From NCBI RefSeq assembly GCF_025643275.1, contig NZ_CP089977.1:2070001-2102000 (forward strand): a stretch of 32,000 nt of DNA, in the 5' to 3' direction. Positions within the stretch are counted from its first letter, which is position 1. Each line of letters starts with the position of its first letter. Made by a program: the position numbers and the translations under genes. Origin of the DNA: Moraxella nasicaprae (GTDB lineage Bacteria; Pseudomonadota; Gammaproteobacteria; Pseudomonadales; Moraxellaceae). Positions 24,657-32,000 of this stretch are shown here, piece by piece. The notes under the pieces are model-generated. The model was not told the origin of the DNA. It ran no database searches and worked only from the letters and a program-made list of their open reading frames with translations.

Positions 24657-27600
24657 GATTTTTTTCTCCGCTTAAATAATTCTTGATGAACTTTTTCGGT
24701 TGCATCTTTGAGTATCTGCTGCTGTTGCCTTAACAAATATGCTCTATATTTAGGAGATATTTCTTTATTCCCCTTAACATATTTAACCCATCCATCAGTA
24801 CCTGTTTCAATCTTAGAACCCTTAGAAGAGTTAAGATGTTTAGGTAGTGGCTGTAAATTAGAAGGATTATTTATGAGCTTTTCTTGTACATCTTTTGGCA
24901 AATCATTAAAGCCTGGAATTTTTTTAAATTCCGCTCTGGGGAGAATATGATCAAAAGATGCTACAGCGTCATCGGGAAAGAATTTTTTGGTATTTGTAAA
25001 AGGATCCAAATACATTACCTTGCCAGTTTTAGCATCTACCCAATCACCTTTGATTAAAATCTCGGCAGCATTACCATATTTGTTGCCAAAATCACAACAA
25101 TTCGCATTATGCACCCACACACCCAATCTGCCCACATGATAGGTGTGAAAGTCATCCACTTCGATATTATAGACAGTGTCGGTGTGGTTGGGTAGTAGGT
25201 ATTGGCTTATAACTTCTACTTCTTGATTGTTTCTATCAAGTAGTATCATGCCTTGTTCTAGTAAAGACGCTTTTAGCCAGCCTGTATCTTTAATCCAAAA
25301 TGGGTGTTCAGCTGTGGTTTCTAAGGTTTCAATTTGACCTTGATGGTTTTTGACCGTTACTTGGAAAATGGGTTGGTCAGGTGTTGCTTTGGTGGCAATG
25401 ACAGGACGATAGCCGTATTCTAGGGTAATGTCATTTCTTGTCCAAATCAGTTCACCACCTGTGAAGGTTTCGATGGTTTTCAAGCCTTCTGATGTTTCAA
25501 TCAGGGTTCCTGCGGTAAAGCAAACGGTGCCTTTCTTGCACAGTTTAGAGATGCTATTGATAATAGCGGCACTAGCACCAGCACCAAAACCACCACCCAA
25601 TCTATTTAAACTGGTGGTTGCATTCCACCTAACCACCTCCTCAGCCATCTGCACTGCCATATTCACATCTTCTTCTGCTAGGGCTGCTACTGTCCCTGCG
25701 ATGAGTTTGGCTTGGTTGATGATACTTTGTCTTTGAGAGTCTGTTAGGGTAGTGGGGTCATCTATTTGCCAATCTGCCCAGATTTCTGCCATACTAGCAC
25801 CTAAGGCACCTGCTTGGCAAGTTGATCCTTGTGCTTTGGCAGATAGACAGCCTGTGAGTCCTGCGGCAAGTTTGTGGGCGATGTTGTTAATGTTGCCATC
25901 TGTATCAATGGGTTTAACCAAATGAGCAAAGGCTTGTTGATGTGATAGGGCAATCAGTTGATTACCAAGATTGGTTTTTAGGTTGTCTTCTAAGTCTGTG
26001 CCATAGATGGCAGATTGTAGTAGGCTTTTTGAAGTACTTTGGGCAATGCCTTTGATGAATCTGTCATTAAGACTTAACTGGGTTTGGTCAATGCCTTGTA
26101 TGTTTAGTCCTTTATCAATCTTATTGCTGATACCAGCACTGGCGATGGCAAAGGCAAGCTGTTTGGCATTGTCTTTATTGCCAAGCTGCTTGATGGCGGC
26201 TTTGATGTTGCCTTGATTATTGATTAGGCTGATGGTGGCTTGTTCGGCAAGGGTGCTAAGAGCGGTATTTGCCATCGCTGTCAGGGTATGACTGCCCAAT
26301 AAAGTACCGTTAATCGGTGCAATACCGCCTGTTGCCATTCCCATGGCAATGGTTAAGATGGCAGCCCCTGCTGGAGTAAGACCTGCTTGCTGGTAGTTCC
26401 ATTCTTTTTGAGTGAGAATAAGGGTCTGCCAGTCGATGTTGTTTTGCTGGATGAGCGAATTTAGATAGCTGTATTCGGGCTGTTTGGCAAGTTCAAGGAT
26501 TTGTTCCTTGATGACTTTTCTTTGGACATCTTTTTCGCTGATAGGGATTTGTACCACAAGACCGCCATCGGCAACAAAACTAGGCGGTGTACTACCTGTA
26601 AAGCTGGGTAAAACAGCTGTTTGAGTATATTGTCCTTTATCTTGCATTCGTTGCCAAAAGACTTCATTGGCTTGTGAGGTGGTGCTTATATTGAGAGTGC
26701 TAATCGCTGGAAGTAGATGAACTTTGCCGCCTGCTTCAATATTTGCACCAGACAGATAGCTAAATATACTGCCTTGTAGGGTGGTGTCGCCAAGAGATTT
26801 GGTATTGATATAACGAGCGGTCAAAGAGGCGGGCAGGGCAGTAATTTGCAATTTGTGATGATTGGTTGTTGCATTGCCTGCTTTAACGCCCAAGATGCGT
26901 CTTTTGACCTGAGTATCTTGATGATGCTCATGCACATCATTGACGCTAAATAGATTGATTGCACCTGTAGCAAAGACACTGATATTGCCTGTCGTACTCA
27001 TTTTGGTGGCATAAAAGTCAGCATTACTTTGATGACCTTGAGCGGTTAATGAGATATGATGGGCAGCCAAAGAAGTCGGTAGGGCGGTGGAATACTCATC
27101 TTGGGTTTGAACATTGATGGTTTTGCGATTGAGTGCACTGCCTTTTTTGCTGCTACTTTCATCGTAGCGATGGGTATAATTGATGGCATGGTCAACGAGT
27201 AAATGATGATTAGCAGCGATGGTTAGGTTAGACTTAGCATCAATGTTGCCAGCTTGTACAACCAAATGGACTGGCTGCCCTGCTTGATTGGTCTTGGTGG
27301 CAGATAGGCTGACATTACTGGCTGTGATTTGACTTGGCACAAACAAAGCATGGTTGCGATAATAAGAGGAGTTTTCCTTGCCCATTTCATAGATGTTGTG
27401 TGAGCCATCGACTAGGATGCTGGCGGTGATGTTTTGGTCGTTTTTGTGGTATTTGTCAGTTAATGTACCCTGTGCTTGCAAAGTGATGTTATTGGCAGCG
27501 GTCAAGTTCGATGAACGGATTAGAATGCCTTGAGCAGCATTCATGCTGATATTGTTTTGTGCTGTCAGGGTGGAGGGCTGATATTCTGTACCGATTGGAT

Positions 27601-29992
27601 TTCTTTTCAAGTCAGCCAGTTGGTCAGTCAATCTTGATACATCAGCTTGCAAAGCCTCCTCTTTTGATTTGGCAGGCAAATGCTTAGATAATACCGATTC
27701 TAATTCGTTGATTTTGGCGTTGGTTTGGTTAATTAGTCGGTCATAGTCAGCCACAGTCTTTGGATCTGCCGGCGAAGTGGGTGATGCTGAACGAAATCTA
27801 ATCCCTGATGGTGGGGGAGGCGGTGGGGGAGGTAAGAGAGTGTCGCCAAGCGATCTGCTGTTTTCTGGTAGAGATGGCGTGGCAGGATTGCTTAATGCCT
27901 GTCTTTGACTATGATGCAAAGCTAGCTGAAATTGCAGAGAATTAATCTGAGTCTGCAATTGTCGATAAGACTGATATGCGTCAGATTTTTGAAAGATTGC
28001 TAATGCTTGCTTGGCTTGTTTGAGCTGTTTTTCTATATTGTCAATCGTATGTATGGGCAATGCTTGACCATCTAGGCGATTGCTTAGAGCATCAACCAGA
28101 ACGGAGCCCTTCCCAGCATTTAGATGGATATTTTTACCTGTAATATTTGCCCCTTGTAAAACAATCTCTTGTGCGGATATGGTCAAATTTCCTTTTGGAG
28201 TAAGTTGTGCTAATTGACCTGAGCCAATACCCTTAGTGCCTTCATGACCGATTAAATCAATGTTGCCATTTTGGGACTGTAGCCATAAATCTCCATCAGC
28301 AGATAATTGATGTGTCTGAGGTCGAATGTGCAATGCTTGCTCGCTAATAATAGATAAGTCGCCACTTAGTGTCGTAGTTTGCGGATTTTTGGTTAACAGC
28401 TGTGTTTTGGTTGCATTAGCAAATAATTGACCCTGCGGCTTGATGGACAGCTTTTTGGTTTTTAATAAAATTGCACCAGCCGTCAGATTGGTCGATCCTG
28501 TAATCGTATGCAAACCAAGTGAAACGCTACTTAAGATACCCTTAGCACTTAAATTACCACCTATATTTTGATCGCCTGTGGTATAAAGCGTTAAATGATG
28601 ATCGGCATTGGCAGTCGTGTTTTGCCAAACTAGGTCTTTTCTAGACTCAATAGAGATGTTTTTGTGTGCAGTTAAATTACTGTTAGTCAGCGTTTGATTT
28701 TGGTGTGTGTAGAGATTGATTGATCCATCTGCATTTAACTGGTTGTCAGTCATTTGTGCACTGCCAGCTAATGATGCTACAGTGATGTTGCCTGTTGTAC
28801 GAATACTACTTTTACCGATAGATAGAGCGTCTTTGGTAACTAACTGGACATTGCTGGCAGTCATATTGGACTGCTGTACGCTGAGCGTCTTGGCTTTGGT
28901 TTCAATGTTGCTGGCAGTTAAATTTGTTTGATGTAGATTAAGGGTGTTGTTTGTTGTTAAAAGGATGTCTCTCCCTCCTGTCACATTGCCTGCCAAAGTT
29001 TGATTGTTAGCATTTAGGTGGATATTGCCTTGTTTGGTGCTCATCACCCCTTGTGCCGACTGGTAAATATCTGTTTGGCTACTTAGTAGGATTTGATGAT
29101 CTGCATGTATATTGCCTGTGTTTTTGATGTATCCATCACTACTGACATAGACTTGCTGAGCGGCGTTTAAGCTACCAGCATTATTGACACCAACGCCCTG
29201 ATCGGTAACAATCAAACGAATATTGCCAGCATACATACCGCCAAGCTGACCTGTATCAATAGCAATGGTGGCAGCGGAAGATTTATTTGATGATGCTTGA
29301 ACAGGAGTGGAAAGTCCATTGGTAATAATATTAGAGCCTGCAACAACATTAATACTATCATTGGCATGGATTTTGCCATTTAATTCCACTGCTTTAGCAT
29401 ATAGATTAAGATAATTGGCTTGATGCCTATCGGACATACCTGTTTGACCGATATTAATTTTACCAGCATTGATTTGATGGCTAATGTTGCCCTGCAAATG
29501 ACTAACCGTGCCAGTTGTTAATGTTGCCTCATTTGTGTTAATAAACCCAGCACCAGAAACTACAATTCCTGACGGGTTGGCAATGATAACATTGGCTGTT
29601 TGTCCAGCAACCTCAATAATACCAGCAATATTGGTGGCTTTACTACTGTTAATTTCATTGATGATGGTATGGGCAGAACCTTGTTGTAAAAAAGGATTAC
29701 CCTCAATCTGATTGGCAAGCTGTGTCTGTGTACTACCACGAGCATTGTTTAGCACGACACCTATGTCATTAACATTGAACCTTTCGTATTGATTATGAGA
29801 TATGCCATTAACAGGTGTGCGAATCTGTACCACAGGAACAGCTTGTCCATTAGTATGAGTTCCTGCAAGAATAATGGGTTTTTTATTAGAATCTGCTTTT
29901 GGATCGCTGATAACTTGGGCAATGCTTGATGTTGAAATTGATAAAAGAATGGCAGAAATGGCAATATTCAAAGATGATTTTGAAAATAGCAT
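24653..29992 (-). CDS. cdiA: CdiA/TpsA exoprotein, copy 2, full length with a VRWN - linker - HINT - HNH-like nuclease C-terminus
   Basis: 1,779 aa. Residues 1-1457 are identical to copy 1. The C-terminal 322 aa are unique. Confidence 0.9.
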   Translation of the reverse strand: MLFSKSSLNIAISAILLSISTSSIAQVISDPKADSNKKPIILAGTHTNGQAVPVVQIRTPVNGISHNQYERFNVNDIGVVLNNARGSTQTQLANQIEGNPFLQQGSAHTIINEINSSKATNIAGIIEVAGQTANVIIANPSGIVVSGAGFINTNEATLTTGTVSHLQGNISHQINAGKINIGQTGMSDRHQANYLNLYAKAVELNGKIHANDSINVVAGSNIITNGLSTPVQASSNKSSAATIAIDTGQLGGMYAGNIRLIVTDQGVGVNNAGSLNAAQQVYVSSDGYIKNTGNIHADHQILLSSQTDIYQSAQGVMSTKQGNIHLNANNQTLAGNVTGGRDILLTTNNTLNLHQTNLTASNIETKAKTLSVQQSNMTASNVQLVTKDALSIGKSSIRTTGNITVASLAGSAQMTDNQLNADGSINLYTHQNQTLTNSNLTAHKNISIESRKDLVWQNTTANADHHLTLYTTGDQNIGGNLSAKGILSSVSLGLHTITGSTNLTAGAILLKTKKLSIKPQGQLFANATKTQLLTKNPQTTTLSGDLSIISEQALHIRPQTHQLSADGDLWLQSQNGNIDLIGHEGTKGIGSGQLAQLTPKGNLTISAQEIVLQGANITGKNIHLNAGKGSVLVDALSNRLDGQALPIHTIDNIEKQLKQAKQALAIFQKSDAYQSYRQLQTQINSLQFQLALHHSQRQALSNPATPSLPENSRSLGDTLLPPPPPPPPSGIRFRSASPTSPADPKTVADYDRLINQTNAKINELESVLSKHLPAKSKEEALQADVSRLTDQLADLKRNPIGTEYQPSTLTAQNNISMNAAQGILIRSSNLTAANNITLQAQGTLTDKYHKNDQNITASILVDGSHNIYEMGKENSSYYRNHALFVPSQITASNVSLSATKTNQAGQPVHLVVQAGNIDAKSNLTIAANHHLLVDHAINYTHRYDESSSKKGSALNRKTINVQTQDEYSTALPTSLAAHHISLTAQGHQSNADFYATKMSTTGNISVFATGAINLFSVNDVHEHHQDTQVKRRILGVKAGNATTNHHKLQITALPASLTARYINTKSLGDTTLQGSIFSYLSGANIEAGGKVHLLPAISTLNISTTSQANEVFWQRMQDKGQYTQTAVLPSFTGSTPPSFVADGGLVVQIPISEKDVQRKVIKEQILELAKQPEYSYLNSLIQQNNIDWQTLILTQKEWNYQQAGLTPAGAAILTIAMGMATGGIAPINGTLLGSHTLTAMANTALSTLAEQATISLINNQGNIKAAIKQLGNKDNAKQLAFAIASAGISNKIDKGLNIQGIDQTQLSLNDRFIKGIAQSTSKSLLQSAIYGTDLEDNLKTNLGNQLIALSHQQAFAHLVKPIDTDGNINNIAHKLAAGLTGCLSAKAQGSTCQAGALGASMAEIWADWQIDDPTTLTDSQRQSIINQAKLIAGTVAALAEEDVNMAVQMAEEVVRWNATTSLNRLGGGFGAGASAAIINSISKLCKKGTVCFTAGTLIETSEGLKTIETFTGGELIWTRNDITLEYGYRPVIATKATPDQPIFQVTVKNHQGQIETLETTAEHPFWIKDTGWLKASLLEQGMILLDRNNQEVEVISQYLLPNHTDTVYNIEVDDFHTYHVGRLGVWVHNANCCDFGNKYGNAAEILIKGDWVDAKTGKVMYLDPFTNTKKFFPDDAVASFDHILPRAEFKKIPGFNDLPKDVQEKLINNPSNLQPLPKHLNSSKGSKIETGTDGWVKYVKGNKEISPKYRAYLLRQQQQILKDATEKVHQELFKRRKKS
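24656..25105 (-). other. C-terminal toxin domain of cdiA copy 2: HNH/EndoVII-fold nuclease-like (D-H...N...N..K pattern)
   Basis: SFDHILPRAEF...PSNLQPLPKHLNSSKGSK compares with the generic HNH pattern hHHIiP....NL..L....N/H. It possibly belongs to the DHNNK class of polymorphic-toxin nucleases (from memory). Confidence 0.55.
25106..25522 (-). other. HINT (intein-like, pretoxin PT-HINT) domain within cdiA copy 2 (aa 1491-1629)
   Basis: Starts with CFTAGTLIETSEG and ends with VYNIEVDDFHTYHVGRLGVWVHN, i.e. the Hint N-terminal Cys and C-terminal HN blocks. The +1 residue is Ala. Confidence 0.8.
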
Positions 29993-30134
29993 TTTAACTT
30001 CCTTGTAAAATTGTCAGCTCCTTCTTAGATTTAGTGAAAGTTTAGCAAATACCAAAAAATAGTTCAAGTCGGAATTGGTATGATTTTTGAGGAAATTTAA
30101 TCACGGGTTGGTGTGTATGAATACCTTATTTAAC
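25632..30134. repeat. 4,503-bp direct repeat, copy 2
   Basis: See 17837-22339. The repeat ends 142 bp upstream of the ATG (...CCTTATTTAAC) and at the V codon of VRWN. Confidence 0.9.
30039..30067 (-). promoter_or_regulatory. Sigma-70-like promoter of cdiA copy 2 (duplicate of 22244-22272)
   Basis: Same TTGAAC-17-TAAACT on the - strand. Confidence 0.5.
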
Positions 30135-30604
30135 ATAATATACATTATGCGAAGTGTAAGCAATCGACTTAGGGGATTGATGAATGCTTGATACGCACAC
30201 TTTAAACGATGTGTTTGGCATGATTACTCATCAAGTTGCTCGTTGTGATTGCTTGGGTTTGAAGCTAATGACGGCACTCATCAAGACCAACTGATGGCGA
30301 TTTGGTTTTGGTGCTAGTCATGCTTGGTCAATGTGCATTCATCAAATGTGTTAAATATACCTCATCAAATCATCAAAATAATGCCAAAAAATCAATCAAT
30401 TTGGGCGAAAACCCCACCTGTATTTATGTTAATTATCTTCACAAAATCAGTACCACATAGTCGATAATCGGTCTTGTGAATATCGCTATATTCATCTATA
30501 ATAGCTTGTTATTTGTGCAAAAATTTTGGCAAAATACTTGATTTTACGAAGAATTTGATGCCAAATCGATGTTTTTAATACACCAAACATGATAGGAGTT
30601 TTTT

Positions 30605-30940
30605 ATGTTGGACTTGCTGATTAACACCGCTCACGCCACACAAGGTGCGGCTGGCGAACAGTCGCTATTCATGAATCTGTTGATTCCTGTGGCATTTTTT
30701 GCAATTTTTTATTTTCTCATCATTCGCCCACAATCAAAACGCAATAAGCAACATAAAGCGATGGTTGATGGCTTGTCAGCTGGCAATGAAGTGGTATTTG
30801 CAGGTGGTTTGATTGGTAAAATCAAACGCATTGAAGGCGATTATGCGGTCGTAACGCTCAACAATGGCGGTACAGAAGTTAAGGTTCAGCGTGCCAGCGT
30901 TTTGATGGTATTGCCAGCAGGCACTGTTGATAATATCTAA
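30605..30940 (+). CDS. yajC: Preprotein translocase subunit YajC
   Basis: 111 aa. LLIPVAFFAIFYFLIIRPQSKRNKQHKAMVDGLSAGNEVVFAGGLIGKI is collinear with E. coli YajC. secD follows. Confidence 0.9.
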   Translation: MLDLLINTAHATQGAAGEQSLFMNLLIPVAFFAIFYFLIIRPQSKRNKQHKAMVDGLSAGNEVVFAGGLIGKIKRIEGDYAVVTLNNGGTEVKVQRASVLMVLPAGTVDNI

Positions 30941-31048
30941 TTTTATGCTTGCCCAAACAGCTTTTTTGCAAAGATTTTTTTGCAAAATTGACCGTTTGGG
31001 TTGTTTTATTTCTAAGCCAATCGGCTTATCAATCAAATAAGAATATCT

Positions 31049-32000
31049 ATGCATTATCCCGCTTGGAAATATGTGCTGATTGCTCTTGTGTTGTTCATCG
31101 CAGGCATTTATGCACTACCAAATCTCTATCCTGATGAACCTGCGGTACAAATCACGGGTGCTAGTGCAGGTACACAGCTGACTGAGGAGGTCTTAACTCA
31201 GGCTCAATCAGCATTAAGCGAGGCAGGACTTGACCATCATGATGGTAGTTTTGCCAATAATAGTGCCTTAGTCCGCTTAAATAATTCCGAAGACCAGCTA
31301 AAAGCCCAAGAAGTTCTACGCCGTAAATTGGGCGAAAACTATGTGGTTGCTCTCAACCTTGCCCAAACCACGCCAGAATGGCTGACCAAAATCGGTGCAA
31401 AACCAATGAAACTGGGTCTAGACTTGCGTGGCGGTGTGCGTTTTGTGCTTGAAGTGGACATGGACAAGGCATTGGAACAACGCCTAAGCACTGCCAGCCA
31501 AGATGTTCGCCGAGCTTTGCGTGCTGAGCAGATTCCTGTGCAGTCAATGCGTACCACCAAACAAGGCTTGATGCTGACCTTTGGCAGCAATGAGCAACGC
31601 AATCAGGCTCAAACTGTTCTACAAAAAAACATGGGTCTTGATTTTGCTTTGCGTCCGCTCATGGATACACAAGGCCCTGCCCTTGAAATGGTATATACCG
31701 AAGCCAAACTTGCTGAGATTAACGAATATGCCGTCAGCCAAAACTTGACCACCTTGCGTAATCGTATCAATGAGCTTGGTGTGGCAGAGGCATTGGTTCA
31801 ATCACAAGGTTCAAACCGCATCGTGGTTGAGTTACCTGGCGTCCAAGACACCGCCGAAGCTAAGCGTGTGCTTGGTCGTACTGCCAACCTAGAATTTCGT
31901 ATGGTGAGCGAAGAAGCTGCCAATTATACAGGCGGCATTCCACCTGCTGGTACGGAGGCTTTCCCGTTTGGTACCACAGACGGCCCTGCGGTTTTGCTTG
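31049..32000 (+). CDS. secD: Protein translocase subunit SecD (5' part; runs off the window)
   Basis: ATG at 31049. MHYPAWKYVLIALVLFIAGIYALPNLYPDEPAVQITG matches the SecD N-terminus. The frame is open to 32000, so it is absent from the ORF track. Confidence 0.9.
   Translation, partial: MHYPAWKYVLIALVLFIAGIYALPNLYPDEPAVQITGASAGTQLTEEVLTQAQSALSEAGLDHHDGSFANNSALVRLNNSEDQLKAQEVLRRKLGENYVVALNLAQTTPEWLTKIGAKPMKLGLDLRGGVRFVLEVDMDKALEQRLSTASQDVRRALRAEQIPVQSMRTTKQGLMLTFGSNEQRNQAQTVLQKNMGLDFALRPLMDTQGPALEMVYTEAKLAEINEYAVSQNLTTLRNRINELGVAEALVQSQGSNRIVVELPGVQDTAEAKRVLGRTANLEFRMVSEEAANYTGGIPPAGTEAFPFGTTDGPAVLL

Noticed and set aside
30776-31134. Small ORFs overlapping the yajC 3' end and the yajC-secD spacer.
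   Set aside because: One is antisense to yajC and the other is out of frame with the secD start. The true secD ORF, open to the window end, explains the region.
31339-31801. Antisense ORFs within secD.
   Set aside because: The SecD frame on the + strand is unambiguous. The antisense ORFs are Arg/Ser-rich shadow frames.
1-32000. Scan for tRNA, rRNA, CRISPR arrays, integrase or att-type core repeats.
   Set aside because: By eye I found no T-loop or cloverleaf candidates, no regularly spaced short repeats, and no tyrosine- or serine-recombinase ORF. This was not verified computationally; tRNAscan and a CRISPR finder would settle it.

Overview
The window has three parts.

(1) 1 to ~17726, + strand: the right-hand part of a prophage.
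- Tail module in the BcepMu/P2-like order: sheath, tube, E/E' chaperone, tape measure, U, X, D, V, W, J, I, tail fibre, fibre-assembly protein.
- Accessory block: two cell-wall hydrolases, a Com-like zinc finger, a multiply frameshifted C5-cytosine methyltransferase, a Dam-like N6-adenine methyltransferase and an acidic orphan ORF.
- The sequence then ends in what looks like a Mu-type transposable-phage right end (...TTTTTCGCGGCGGGCATCA).

(2) ~17650 to 30134, - strand: a contact-dependent-inhibition / two-partner-secretion exoprotein locus.
- It holds two cdiA genes whose promoter and first 1,453 codons form an apparently perfect 4,503-bp direct repeat (period 7,795 bp).
- The copies diverge exactly at a VRWN motif, the analogue of VENN.
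- The upstream copy carries a linker-HINT-HNH-like toxin tip followed by two AT-rich paralogous immunity-like genes.
- The downstream copy has a different toxin tip that appears to be cut about 33 codons in by the phage end.
- No cdiB/tpsB is present.

(3) 30605 to 32000, + strand: housekeeping yajC and the 5' part of secD.

Other oddities:
- a 1-nt frameshift in the tail-fibre gene;
- an E/E' chaperone pair that needs a +1/-2 rather than a -1 shift;
- an antisense membrane-protein moron between the chaperone and tape-measure genes;
- a conserved 33-nt element plus terminator present in two equal-length 107-nt gaps of the tail operon.

No rRNA, tRNA or CRISPR array was seen by eye. The host is probably a moderately AT-rich gammaproteobacterium; Moraxellaceae-like is only a guess, based on the FHA-like protein and overall composition.
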